Shown in pieces: positions 9,277-19,089 of a DNA stretch of 64,000 nucleotides. How positions within the stretch are numbered: position 1 is the stretch's first letter; each line of letters begins with the position of its first letter. The DNA is from a bacterium (GTDB lineage: Bacteria; Bacteroidota; Bacteroidia; Bacteroidales; FEN-979). The stretch lies in assembly GCA_043806735.1 (NCBI GenBank), contig JAZDGR010000105.1, positions 3,294 through 67,293 of the forward strand. The letters are read 5' to 3'. Made by a program: the position numbers and the translations under genes. Below the pieces are notes generated by a model. The model had not been told where the DNA came from. It worked only from the letters and a program-made list of their open reading frames with translations, and ran no database searches.

Positions 9277-10071
9277 ATGAAACAATACCTCGACCTTCTT
9301 GAGTTTGTTCTGAAATCCGGTGCCACCAAATCCGACCGCACGGGAACAGGAACCATCAGTGTTTTTGGCTATCAGATGCGATTTGACCTGCAGGAAGGAT
9401 TCCCGGTTATGACCACGAAAAAACTCCATTTGCGCTCCATCATTCATGAGCTTTTGTGGTTCTTAAAAGGCGAAACCAATATCCGGTATCTTCACGAGAA
9501 CAAAGTGACTATCTGGGATGAATGGGCCGATGAACAGGGTGAACTCGGTCATATCTACGGATACCAGTGGAGGTCCTGGCCGAAAGCTGATCACACCCAT
9601 GTCGACCAGATATCCCGTGTAGTGGAATCTATTAAAAATATCCCGGATTCACGCAGGCATATCGTGTCTGCCTGGAATGTAGGGGAGATTGATCAGATGG
9701 CATTGCCTCCCTGCCACCTTATGTTTCAGTTTTATGTAGCCGACGGGAAACTTTCCTGTCAGATGTACCAGCGAAGCTGTGATATTTTTCTGGGAGTTCC
9801 TTTTAATATTGCCTCATATGCCTTGCTGACTATGATGATGGCCCAGGTGACTGGATTGACTCCCGGGGATTTTGTTCATACTCTGGGTGATGCTCACATA
9901 TACCTGAATCACATTGAGCAGGTAAAACTTCAGCTGACCCGGAAACCCTATCCGTTACCCGTAATGAAAATCAACCCCGATGTGAAACACATCCTGGATT
10001 TCAAGTTTGAGGATTTCGAGCTGCTCAATTACCAGTCACATCCCCATATCAAAGGCGAAATCTCGGTTTAA
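9277..10071 (+). CDS. thyA: Thymidylate synthase
   Basis: 264 aa with [24 protein letters not shown] and [12 protein letters not shown] motifs. Confidence 0.95.
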   Translation: MKQYLDLLEFVLKSGATKSDRTGTGTISVFGYQMRFDLQEGFPVMTTKKLHLRSIIHELLWFLKGETNIRYLHENKVTIWDEWADEQGELGHIYGYQWRSWPKADHTHVDQISRVVESIKNIPDSRRHIVSAWNVGEIDQMALPPCHLMFQFYVADGKLSCQMYQRSCDIFLGVPFNIASYALLTMMMAQVTGLTPGDFVHTLGDAHIYLNHIEQVKLQLTRKPYPLPVMKINPDVKHILDFKFEDFELLNYQSHPHIKGEISV

Positions 10072-10080
10072 TCTGTTGAC

Positions 10081-10572
10081 ATGATCTCTATTATTGTAGC
10101 TGTTGCCGAAAATAATGCCATTGGGAAAAACAACGACCTTCTCTGGCACATTCCCGAAGATTTAAAGCGGTTTAAAAGAATCACATCTGGCCACACCGTG
10201 TTGATGGGGAAACGTACCTGGGAATCGCTTCCTGTTCACCCGCTCCCAAACCGGAGGAATATTGTAATTACCGACAACCCTGAGGATGTGTTTCCGGGCG
10301 CTGAAAGTGCTACCTCCATTGAAACTGCATTAAACCTGATAGACCCGGAGGATGAAAATTTTGTAATCGGTGGAGCCTCCATCTACCTGCAATTTTTTCC
10401 CCTCTGCGACCGGCTTTACCTGACAAAAGTGTACAAAATATTTAAAGGGGATGTCTTCTTCCCGGAACTGAATTTGCTTGAATGGGAGAGAATCTCTCGG
10501 GATGATTATCCTCCCGATGAACACAACGATTTCGGCTATACATATTACATATTCGATCGCCTCCGACCCTGA
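10081..10572 (+). CDS. folA: Dihydrofolate reductase
   Basis: ISIIVAVAENNAIGKNNDLLWHIPEDLKRFKRITSGHTVLMGKRTWESL and VIGGASIY. Directly follows thyA. Confidence 0.9.
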   Translation: MISIIVAVAENNAIGKNNDLLWHIPEDLKRFKRITSGHTVLMGKRTWESLPVHPLPNRRNIVITDNPEDVFPGAESATSIETALNLIDPEDENFVIGGASIYLQFFPLCDRLYLTKVYKIFKGDVFFPELNLLEWERISRDDYPPDEHNDFGYTYYIFDRLRP

Positions 10573-10614
10573 ACCCTACTATCCCATCCGGAATCTTCTT
10601 TACCCCCTCGCATC

Positions 10615-10642
10615 CCACGTCTTACGTCTCACGTCTTACGTT
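10615..10642. repeat. Heptanucleotide tandem array (YYACGTC x4), the reverse complement of the array at 62609
   Basis: ccacgtc ttacgtc tcacgtc ttacgtt. An ACGT core recurs every 7 nt. It lies between convergent genes and overlaps the last codons and stop of the 10629 gene. Confidence 0.8.
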
Positions 10643-11927
10643 TCTCTTTCCTTGCCGCCGGGAACAGGATGTTATTTAATATCAACCTGTATCCGGGGGA
10701 ATTCGGATGAAGATTGAGGTCGGTTGGCGGATCTCCAACCAGGTGCTGGTAATCCTCCGGATCGTGTCCGCCCAGGAATGTCCAGGTCCCCTTGCCAAAA
10801 TCCCCATGGATATACCGTACTTCATTCAGCGATCTATTCTCGCCCATGATCAGGACCGATGGCTTCAGAACCTGTTTATTGAAGGCTGTGGTCTGCCCCA
10901 TAAATCCCGTGATAATGGTTTCGTGATCCTGACATAGCATGGTCGGAACCGGATCCCATTTTGCCGAAAATTCAAAAAGAGAAAATAGGTCATTTTTCTG
11001 GGTCATCGTACGTGGTCTGGTTTCCGTCACATCAATGGACGAAATCTCATACTCATAAGGATTCATGCTGATGGTGAAGTCTTGAAACGCAAAACATTTG
11101 GAATAATCCAGCTTGTTCTGGGCATCCGGATCGGGCGGATCGCCGTCAAATACAATATCGCAAAGGTCCACCCCCTCAGCCGCCAGCGCAACATCGTAAC
11201 TATCCGGGGCCGAGCACATGGAAAACAGGTATCCTCCACCGGCAACAAAATTCCTGATTTTCTTCGCTGTCTCAAGCTTCATCTGCGACACTTTTTGATA
11301 TCCGAGTTTCCGTGCCAGTTCTTCATTGATTCGTACATCCTCCTGATACCAGGCATAGCCTTTGTATGCAGCCCAGAACTTTCCGTATTGTCCGGTAAAA
11401 TCTTCGTGATGCAGATGTAGCCAGTCATAAAGGGGAAGCACGCCGGCGTGAATCTCTTCATCATAGACAACATCGTATGGAATCTCAGCATAGGTAAGCA
11501 CAAGGGTCACCGCGTCATCCCAGGGTTGTTTGTTTTTAGGGGAATAAACTGCAATCCTCGGAGCTTTGTGTAGTTTGACCGTTTCCATGTTAACCTGTGG
11601 ATCCGCAATTTCAAGAAGGATTGCACTTGCCTGTCCATCACTGATAACCTGGGAGGATACTCCCCTTATCTGACATTCTTGCTCGATCTGTGTGTTATAG
11701 GGAATCAGAAAACTGCCACCCCGGTAATTCAGCAACCAGCTGACCTCAAAGTTCTGTTGCAAAACCCAGTAGGCTACCCCATAGGCTTTCAGGTGGTCCT
11801 TCTGCCTGTTATCCATAGGGATAACCAGGTAGGCTCCGCGGGAAAAAAAAGGCAAAGTAAATAGGCAAAAAAGAAAGACTGTCAGTGGAATTCTAAAACG
11901 GGATGCCATTCGGGTCACTCTCATCAT
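10629..11927 (-). CDS. Conserved-looking secreted protein of unknown function
   Basis: 432-aa ORF. Signal peptide after the internal Met (MASRFRIPLTVFLFCLFTLPFFSRG). No catalytic motif that I can name. The start may be 11909. Confidence 0.5.
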   Translation of the reverse strand: MMRVTRMASRFRIPLTVFLFCLFTLPFFSRGAYLVIPMDNRQKDHLKAYGVAYWVLQQNFEVSWLLNYRGGSFLIPYNTQIEQECQIRGVSSQVISDGQASAILLEIADPQVNMETVKLHKAPRIAVYSPKNKQPWDDAVTLVLTYAEIPYDVVYDEEIHAGVLPLYDWLHLHHEDFTGQYGKFWAAYKGYAWYQEDVRINEELARKLGYQKVSQMKLETAKKIRNFVAGGGYLFSMCSAPDSYDVALAAEGVDLCDIVFDGDPPDPDAQNKLDYSKCFAFQDFTISMNPYEYEISSIDVTETRPRTMTQKNDLFSLFEFSAKWDPVPTMLCQDHETIITGFMGQTTAFNKQVLKPSVLIMGENRSLNEVRYIHGDFGKGTWTFLGGHDPEDYQHLVGDPPTDLNLHPNSPGYRLILNNILFPAARKEKRKT

Positions 11928-13539
11928 GTTCTATCTCATCCATTCTCGACATTACATTGCGAGTCCTCACTGCACCATCAAACGATGTTCCGGAATGGAT
12001 ATTATCCGCATAGGCATATTCTTCCTGGTAGTCAATGAATTTGGCATACCTGGCAACAAATCGCAGTTTGATATCTTTGATTGCCCCGGTCCGGTTCTTT
12101 GCAATACTGATTTCCGCAAGTCCTGCCGTGGATTCCCCTTTCTCATCCACGTCAATCTTGTAATATTCTGGTCGGTAAATAAACAAGACCATATCGGCAT
12201 CCTGCTCGATGGAACCGGATTCCCGCAGGTCGGAAAGGATCGGTTTTTTTGTACCCCCTCGTTTCTCTACTTCACGGCTTAGCTGGGATAATGCAATGAT
12301 GGGTACGTTAAGCTCTTTCGCCAGTGCTTTGAGGGATCTGGAAATACTGCTGATCTCCTGTTCCCGGTTGCCTTTGTGTTCGGCGCCTCCCTGCATCAGT
12401 TGCAGGTAATCGAGAACGATCATCTCGATGGCGTGCTGCTGTTTTAACCGCCTGCTTTTCGCACGTAATTCAAAAATGGACAGGGCAGGAGTATCATCAA
12501 TGAACAAAGGGGCATCGATCAAATGAGAGACTTTGCTGTTCAGCAGGTTCCACTCGTCATTGCCGAGAGTCCCTTTTTTCAGCTTTTCGGCAGGAATCCC
12601 GGTTTCACTGGCAATTAGCCGGGTGACAAGCGACACAGCCGACATTTCCAGGGAAAAGACAGCCACTGGCTTATTGAACACGACAGCTGCATTCCGTGCC
12701 ATGGTAAGAGCGAGTGCAGTTTTCCCCATGCCGGGACGGGACGCCAGAATTGCCAGGTCTGCTTTTTGCCAGCCTCCGGTAATACGGTCAAGTTCCGTAA
12801 ATCCCGAACCGACCCCGCGAAGCTGGCCATCGTGTTTCCGTCCGGCAGCAATCTCCTGGATTGCTTCTTTGACCAGGGTTTGCATGGAACGATAGGTTCT
12901 TCTCAGGCTGTTTTCACTGATGTAAAACAGATTATTTTCTGCTTTATCAAGAAGATCAAATACATCAGTCGTGTCTTCATAGGCATCTTTGATGATGTCG
13001 GATGAAATACGGATCAGTTCCCGCTGGATATATTTCTGTAGTAAAATATGCGCATGATACTCGATATTTGCAGCAGAGGCAACCCGGTTTGTCAGCATCG
13101 TTATGTAATACGGACCTCCGACAAGGTCCAGCTCTCCGCTCTTACGGAGAGCTTCAGTCACAGTAAGAATATCGACAGGTTCCGTACTGGCAAATAATTT
13201 CCGAATAGCTGAGAATATGATCTGATGGGCCTCTTTGTAAAAGATCTCCGGTTTCAGGATCTCAATTACTTCCGTAAGAGGATCTTTTTCAAGCATCATG
13301 GCACCGAGGACAGCCTCCTCAAGATCGATTGCCTGAGGGGGAACTTTCCCGTGATCAATAAACAATTCCGAAACAAGGTTTTTTCTCGTTCTCTTTCTGC
13401 CTACTCGCTGGGCATCATGCAGCTGCTTTTTATCCTGACCCAGCGGATCAGGTCCTTCAGGTCTCATTTCTTCCATGATCCAAAAATAATCTTTCCGGGA
13501 AAGGAATCTTCCAAAAGGATAGATTTTATTTATTAACAA
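11893..13539 (-). CDS. dnaB: Replicative DNA helicase
   Basis: N-terminal PPQAIDLEEAVLGAMML, Walker A SRPGMGKTALAL, and LSQLSREVEKR. An alternative start (MEEM) lies at 13476. Confidence 0.9.
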   Translation of the reverse strand: MLINKIYPFGRFLSRKDYFWIMEEMRPEGPDPLGQDKKQLHDAQRVGRKRTRKNLVSELFIDHGKVPPQAIDLEEAVLGAMMLEKDPLTEVIEILKPEIFYKEAHQIIFSAIRKLFASTEPVDILTVTEALRKSGELDLVGGPYYITMLTNRVASAANIEYHAHILLQKYIQRELIRISSDIIKDAYEDTTDVFDLLDKAENNLFYISENSLRRTYRSMQTLVKEAIQEIAAGRKHDGQLRGVGSGFTELDRITGGWQKADLAILASRPGMGKTALALTMARNAAVVFNKPVAVFSLEMSAVSLVTRLIASETGIPAEKLKKGTLGNDEWNLLNSKVSHLIDAPLFIDDTPALSIFELRAKSRRLKQQHAIEMIVLDYLQLMQGGAEHKGNREQEISSISRSLKALAKELNVPIIALSQLSREVEKRGGTKKPILSDLRESGSIEQDADMVLFIYRPEYYKIDVDEKGESTAGLAEISIAKNRTGAIKDIKLRFVARYAKFIDYQEEYAYADNIHSGTSFDGAVRTRNVMSRMDEIEHDESDPNGIPF

Positions 13540-14817
13540 TCAGAAACTGAAGGCGAGCTGAATACTCAGCCACTTGTGCCACCATCCATTCTGAAATTCC
13601 GGACTCAGCAGGAATTGTTCTCCTTTGATCTGAATGCCGCCATAACTGACTATCAATCCAGCCGATCCTTCCAGAATCAACCTGTTGAGGTCAGCTGAAG
13701 GAATGGTATAAGAGCTGGAGCGGTTGAATAACCCGCCTTGAAGTGTCGCATCGTAAGCAACAAATCGTCCCTTAAAGTCAAAAAATAAGTAACATTGGAA
13801 ATTCCTGGTTTTTCGTTGCAGGTTAAGGGCTCGTTTGGAAAAGAAAAGCTGATCAAAATAAGGATTAAACAAACCGGCCCTCAGATAGACACCGCCTGAA
13901 ATATTGGTAAAGACAGTACCCAGGATTCCTGACGAATGCAAATTGATCTCACAATTCCGGCTCGTCAAAATCCCTTTCTCTAGGGACGCGGAATAATTCA
14001 GTAACAAATCATTCTGGATCTGGTATTCCCAACCCAACGGTTCGTTATTTTGAGGAGTGCTGTTATGAAACGAAACCTGTAATGCTCCACCAAGGGAAGA
14101 AGGCCCGAGAATCCCAAGCTGAAGTTCACTGGATTGCCTCAGTTTTTTCTCGGCATCATTGCTGATCTTAAAGGTGCCAAAGTAAAGGATCCCAGCGTAC
14201 GGCCGATCCCCCTTAAGAATACCACCTTTTAACGTCGTCGAGGGAGTGTAAATATTCTGAACGACGTTGATCCCGTAATAGTTGATACATTGCCTCCAGT
14301 AAGGGATCATTAGATAATTCAAAGGGTTGTTCCGGAATCCCGGTCCGATAAATTCTACCCTAAGTCCACTGGTAAAGAATCTGTCAGTGTAATCGAAAAT
14401 ATCATTATCAAACTGGATGGTTAGATATTTTTCATGACTGAGCGTAATCATGGAAGTATAAGGACCGTTTTCGATATAAGATAAAAGGAACTTTTTGTTT
14501 ACCGGCTCACGAAGATCCAGATCCAAGGTTCGGAGAGCTTCCAGCCTGCAGGAAAAGTCTGTATCTTCAGGAGCCCTCTTCCCCGGAATAATCGACGGAA
14601 TCCTGGAATCAGATGTAGCTGGTTTCAACGATATCAAAGAGGCTTCCCGGATTGTGCCCGGCCTCGATCTGAAGGATAGGGGATGAACGGATCCTTTCGA
14701 TGACCGAGTGACTGTTTTTTTATCCTGGGTGGCAAACTGGCGTCGTTTGACGGGTTCGCGGGAAGTACATCCTGCTCCCACAAGGAAGATCATACTGATG
14801 ATAACCAACCGATTCAT
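13540..14817 (-). CDS. LpxR-family (DUF2219-like) lipid A deacylase candidate, outer-membrane barrel
   Basis: Motifs FDNDIFDYTDRFFTSG, NIYTPS, DRPYAGILYFG, LGILGPSS and GWEYQIQND. Lipoprotein-like N-terminus. Terminal Phe. Confidence 0.6.
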   Translation of the reverse strand: MNRLVIISMIFLVGAGCTSREPVKRRQFATQDKKTVTRSSKGSVHPLSFRSRPGTIREASLISLKPATSDSRIPSIIPGKRAPEDTDFSCRLEALRTLDLDLREPVNKKFLLSYIENGPYTSMITLSHEKYLTIQFDNDIFDYTDRFFTSGLRVEFIGPGFRNNPLNYLMIPYWRQCINYYGINVVQNIYTPSTTLKGGILKGDRPYAGILYFGTFKISNDAEKKLRQSSELQLGILGPSSLGGALQVSFHNSTPQNNEPLGWEYQIQNDLLLNYSASLEKGILTSRNCEINLHSSGILGTVFTNISGGVYLRAGLFNPYFDQLFFSKRALNLQRKTRNFQCYLFFDFKGRFVAYDATLQGGLFNRSSSYTIPSADLNRLILEGSAGLIVSYGGIQIKGEQFLLSPEFQNGWWHKWLSIQLAFSF

Positions 14818-14893
14818 AATCTACTTGCAAATGTACGTATTCCCTGATAATTAGGTTGCTGATAATTTGCGTATATTAGCTTGTGAATACGGT

Positions 14894-15373
14894 ATGATGA
14901 AATCCTTTATTACGGGTTTGATATTAGTCCTGACTGTCACCAGCTATGCACAGAAAATCTTGGTGGTGGAAAAGATTGGGAGAGGAAGGTGGTTTTCATA
15001 TAAAGAAGGTGACAATATCAGACTGGAGACGAAAAAGGACAAATTCCATTTTTCAGACCAGATCACCCGGATAACTGATTCTTCAATTATTTTGGGAGGG
15101 TACTCACGGATTTCCCTGGCAGATATTCTTTACGTGGATAAAGTATATAAAAACCGGAAGGCGAATGGACGGTTGCTGATCATTGCGGGAGGTTTGTCCA
15201 TTGGAATTAGCTCATTCAACCATAGGCTTAACAACCAACCGGTTATTGACCCGGTTTTTCTGTCAGTAGGGGTAGCGATTTCCTCTCTGGGGCTCCTATG
15301 GTACTCCCTGGCAAAACGAAAATACCACATCGGAAATAAATGGAAACTCAAAGTACTTGATTATTCCTTTTAA
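14894..15373 (+). CDS. Hypothetical membrane-anchored protein
   Basis: Signal/TM MMKSFITGLILVLTVTSYAQ plus two C-terminal hydrophobic segments. No family recognised. Confidence 0.4.
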   Translation: MMKSFITGLILVLTVTSYAQKILVVEKIGRGRWFSYKEGDNIRLETKKDKFHFSDQITRITDSSIILGGYSRISLADILYVDKVYKNRKANGRLLIIAGGLSIGISSFNHRLNNQPVIDPVFLSVGVAISSLGLLWYSLAKRKYHIGNKWKLKVLDYSF

Positions 15374-16421
15374 AATTCAGAAGATAATCCAGGATGATTT
15401 GATTAAACTGCTCTTTGGATTCTCCATGAAAATCTATCTCAATAGGAAGGTAAAACAAGGGCAATCTTTTAAGAAAATGAACCAATTCCGGTGTTTTTAA
15501 CCGCATCAGGTCTTTTTCCGTGGTAAATACTAATTTGTTGCGGGTTGGTATAGTATCAAACCTGGATTTAATCATATGAAGATCTTCGAGGGAATAGGGG
15601 TGATGGTCAGGAAATTTGATTGTTTCCAGAGTCCGGCAATGCCTTTCAAGATGCTCCCGGAGCGGATAATCATTGGCAATACCTGAAAAAAGCAGAATCA
15701 TAGAACTCTTGAAAGGACAAGAGCTGCGATGCTCGGGATTCACGGCTTCGGGCTCCCCGTACTGGATAAAAGAGAAAAAAATCTGCTGATGAGGCCGGGG
15801 TTTTAACTCTTCCATGATCCGTCTTCGTGTTATAGGAGAGAAAACCTTTGGAGTTTTGGTGACAATCAATACATCTGCACGTTTAGCTCCGCAAGAGAAT
15901 TCCCTAAGGGTTCCCGACGGAAGTACATAGTCATCGGCATATAGATTATGAAAATCCGTTAAAAGAATAGACAGGCCGGGCTTTACGTAACGGTGTTGAA
16001 ACGCGTCATCCAAAAGAATTACATCAAGATTCGGAAATCTTCGCTGAAGTTCTTCAATCCCTTCTATGCGGTTCTCGTCAACGGCGACCTTGATATCTTC
16101 AAACTTTTTGGCAAACTGCAGGGGTTCATCTCCAATATATTTAAATGCCGACCTCCTGGAGGCGAGCATAAATCCTTTGCTCGACCGGCCATATCCCCTG
16201 CTTAAAGTCGCAACTAAAAAACGGGATTTAAGCAACCGGATCAGATATTCAATATGGGGGGTCTTCCCGGTTCCCCCATAGGAGAGGTTCCCGACCGAAA
16301 TAATGGGCGTATCAAATTGTCGGGATGGCAGGCAACCACAATCGAACAACCAGTTGCGCACCATCATCGCAATCCCGTAAACCAGTGCAAACGGGTAAAG
16401 TATAAACTTGTAAAACCTCAT
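15348..16421 (-). CDS. lpxK: Tetraacyldisaccharide 4'-kinase
   Basis: P-loop GNLSYGGTGKTPHIEYL. Length of 357 aa and overall pattern are typical of LpxK. Confidence 0.85.
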   Translation of the reverse strand: MRFYKFILYPFALVYGIAMMVRNWLFDCGCLPSRQFDTPIISVGNLSYGGTGKTPHIEYLIRLLKSRFLVATLSRGYGRSSKGFMLASRRSAFKYIGDEPLQFAKKFEDIKVAVDENRIEGIEELQRRFPNLDVILLDDAFQHRYVKPGLSILLTDFHNLYADDYVLPSGTLREFSCGAKRADVLIVTKTPKVFSPITRRRIMEELKPRPHQQIFFSFIQYGEPEAVNPEHRSSCPFKSSMILLFSGIANDYPLREHLERHCRTLETIKFPDHHPYSLEDLHMIKSRFDTIPTRNKLVFTTEKDLMRLKTPELVHFLKRLPLFYLPIEIDFHGESKEQFNQIILDYLLNFKRNNQVL

Positions 16422-16520
16422 TTTCGCTCGGGAAGTGGCGAAAGGTACGAAGAAAAAAGTAAATAATCCAATAATGTGTTAGGAAAATCACCCTAACAAT
16501 AAATTTTTGGCAGGAAAGGT

Positions 16521-16916
16521 TTAGGAATGAACTTTTTCTTTTTGAAGAAACTGGATATTTTGAATCAGATCATGAATCCCCTGATCCAGTTTTGCTGTCT
16601 TCATAATGTAATCGGTTGCGCCTGAATCAATCAAACGCATGGCCAGGATGGGATCGTCGAAGCCGGAAAAGAAAATAACCTCTGTAGAGGGAGAAAGTTG
16701 CTTGGCCATCCTTAAAAAATCAAATCCGTTGTGATCCGCAAGATCATATTCGGTGACAAGAAAATCAGGAGTTACATGTTTCCTGAGGCGGTACAAGCAC
16801 TCTTCGGCAGAGTGATATAATTGAACATGAAAAAACCGCTGAATGGTCAGGTGATATTTCAGAAGACTGCTGTGAATGGGATTTTTATCGACAATAAAAA
16901 TGACCATTGGTTTCAT
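16521..16916 (-). CDS. Stand-alone response-regulator receiver domain protein
   Basis: 131 aa, CheY-like, with no output domain: IVDKNP..., phospho-acceptor context LVTEYDL, VIFFSGF, DYIMKT. Confidence 0.7.
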   Translation of the reverse strand: MKPMVIFIVDKNPIHSSLLKYHLTIQRFFHVQLYHSAEECLYRLRKHVTPDFLVTEYDLADHNGFDFLRMAKQLSPSTEVIFFSGFDDPILAMRLIDSGATDYIMKTAKLDQGIHDLIQNIQFLQKEKVHS

Positions 16917-17033
16917 GGATCAAAGGTTTGATTTTTTTTAATGAATTGGAATGGTCCTGCATACTTTTTATTAACAACCTTTTGAACAACTTACCATCAT
17001 TTTAAATCAGTTGGATAAATCTCCTTAATCCCG

Positions 17034-17041
17034 TACCTTTG
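17034..17041 (+). promoter_or_regulatory. -7 box (TACCTTTG) with an upstream TTG (17011-17013) for the Nif3 operon
   Basis: TTG-N20-TAnnTTTG, 20 nt upstream of the ATG at 17062. Confidence 0.45.
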
Positions 17042-17061
17042 ATCCTGCAGAATAAACGGGC

Positions 17062-18162
17062 ATGATTTTAAAAAATATTATTTTGGTACTGGAAACCTTT
17101 GCGCCATTGCAATACCAGGAAGAATGGGACAATTCGGGGCTCATTATTGGAAGTCCGGCCCAGGAGATCACGGGCATTATGGTTAGTCTGGATACCACTC
17201 CGGAAGTGCTGGATGAAGCAATCCGGAATCACTGTAACCTGATTGTCTCTCATCACCCCTTGATCTTTCACGGATTAAAGAAGATCACGCCCGCCTTGCC
17301 CTGCTATCCGCTGATTCGCCGCGTGGTTCAGAATGATATTGCAGTGTATGCTATGCATACCAGCTTGGATAACTTGCTGGAAGGGTTGAACAGTTTTCTG
17401 GCAAAAAAAATTGGTTTGCAAAAGGTGGCACTCCTAACCCACAAATCAGGGTATCTAAAAAAGCTGGTTGTTTTTTGCCCTACGGATCACGCGGAGAAGG
17501 TCAGAAATGCTTTGTTTGAAGCTGGTGCCGGGCATATCGGAGATTATGACTGCTGTAGCTACAATGTTTCCGGACAAGGTACTTTCAGAGCTTCCGAGAA
17601 GTCGAATCCCTTTGTAGGAGCAAAAAATGTGATCCATTTCGAAGATGAAATCCGGATTGAGGTTATATTCCCTTCCTTCATTGAACATAACCTTGTTGAG
17701 GCTTTGCTTAAAAACCATCCGTATGAAGAGGTAGCTTATGACTTGTATCCTCTAACCAATAAAATCCACGGGATTGGAGCCGGTGTTATCGGGCATCTTC
17801 CGGAACCAATGGATGAGACTCGGTTTATACAATTAATTAAACCGCTTTTCCGTATGGAGACCCTTCGCCATTCAGCAACTTTGGGAAAGAAAATCAGGAA
17901 AGTAGCTATTTCAACCGGAGCAGGTGCGTTTCTGATTCATGATGCAATTCGAAAAGGAGCGGATACTTTCCTTACAGCTGATCTTAAGTATCATTCATTT
18001 CAGGAAGTCGAAGGGATGCTTTTACTAATCGACATAGGTCATTATGAGAGTGAACACTTTATGAAAGAGTTGATAAGTGGCCTTCTAATCGAAAAATTTC
18101 CTAACTTTGCCATCCTCATTTCTGAGAGTGAGACGAATCCGGTAAAATATTTTAATAGCTAA
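17062..18162 (+). CDS. Nif3-like dinuclear metal centre protein (GTP cyclohydrolase 1 type 2 homologue)
   Basis: 366 aa with SHHPLIF, a central PII-like insert, and C-terminal IDIGHYESEH. Confidence 0.8.
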   Translation: MILKNIILVLETFAPLQYQEEWDNSGLIIGSPAQEITGIMVSLDTTPEVLDEAIRNHCNLIVSHHPLIFHGLKKITPALPCYPLIRRVVQNDIAVYAMHTSLDNLLEGLNSFLAKKIGLQKVALLTHKSGYLKKLVVFCPTDHAEKVRNALFEAGAGHIGDYDCCSYNVSGQGTFRASEKSNPFVGAKNVIHFEDEIRIEVIFPSFIEHNLVEALLKNHPYEEVAYDLYPLTNKIHGIGAGVIGHLPEPMDETRFIQLIKPLFRMETLRHSATLGKKIRKVAISTGAGAFLIHDAIRKGADTFLTADLKYHSFQEVEGMLLLIDIGHYESEHFMKELISGLLIEKFPNFAILISESETNPVKYFNS

Positions 18163-18165
18163 ATT

Positions 18166-19089
18166 ATGGCAAAAACAGCGAGCAAACCCATTGCGACTTC
18201 CGAACCTTCAAAACTGAAAAAGAAAGCACCTGTCAAAATTAAAAGTGAGCCTAAAAAGGCTAGCAAGAAATCGAAAGAATCTGAAGAAATTGTCGTTCCA
18301 AGTCAGCCAAAGACAGTTGAGAAGTCTAGCCCTCACGAAATAGATGAAAAGCTGGAGTTCACTATTGAACAAAAATTAATTGCCTTATTTAATCTTCAAC
18401 AGATTGATTCTCAGGTGGATAAAATTCGAATTATCCGGGGGGAACTGCCACTTGAGGTACAGGACCTGGAAGATGAGATTGCCGGACTGGAAACACGGGT
18501 CGATAACTACATCCAGGACACTGTAGTACTGGAAAAATCGATGCTGGAGAAGAAAAACGCCATCAAGGAAAGCAATACGTTGATTAAGCGGTATGAAGAA
18601 CAGCAAATGAATGTGAGGAACAACAGGGAATACGACTCCTTATCGAAAGAGATCGAATTTCAGAACCTGGAGATCCAGCTTTCTGAAAAACGGATAAAAG
18701 AGTTTCAGGGCTCCCTGGAAGTCAAAAAGCAGGAGATCGAGCGTCTTCAAGCCATCCTTCAGGAAAGACATAATGACCTGGAAATAAAGAAAAATGAACT
18801 TGACGATATCATTGCTGAGACGGAAAAGGAAGAGAACGACCTGATCAGAAGTTCTGAGGAGAACCAGAAATTTATCGAGGAACGGCTCCTGACCGCATAT
18901 TCACGGATCCGCAAGAATGCCAGAAACGGATTGGCTGTTGTGCAGATTGAGCGGGATGCCTGCGGTGGATGTTTCAACAAAATCCCCCCTCAGCATCAAC
19001 TGGATATCCGGATGCATAAAAAGATCATTGTATGTGAGTACTGCGGAAGGATCCTTGTTGATGACGGAATCGTCAACCACATGAAATAA
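18166..19089 (+). CDS. Coiled-coil protein with a C4 zinc ribbon (COG1579-type, usual Nif3 partner)
   Basis: Lys-rich N-terminus, long heptad-like coiled coil, and C-terminal CGGC...CEYCGR. Confidence 0.7.
   Translation: MAKTASKPIATSEPSKLKKKAPVKIKSEPKKASKKSKESEEIVVPSQPKTVEKSSPHEIDEKLEFTIEQKLIALFNLQQIDSQVDKIRIIRGELPLEVQDLEDEIAGLETRVDNYIQDTVVLEKSMLEKKNAIKESNTLIKRYEEQQMNVRNNREYDSLSKEIEFQNLEIQLSEKRIKEFQGSLEVKKQEIERLQAILQERHNDLEIKKNELDDIIAETEKEENDLIRSSEENQKFIEERLLTAYSRIRKNARNGLAVVQIERDACGGCFNKIPPQHQLDIRMHKKIIVCEYCGRILVDDGIVNHMK

Noticed and set aside
16466-16500. A hairpin (gttagg/cctaac) after the response-regulator gene as a possible terminator.
   Set aside because: The stem is 6 bp with a poor U-tract, which is not convincing.
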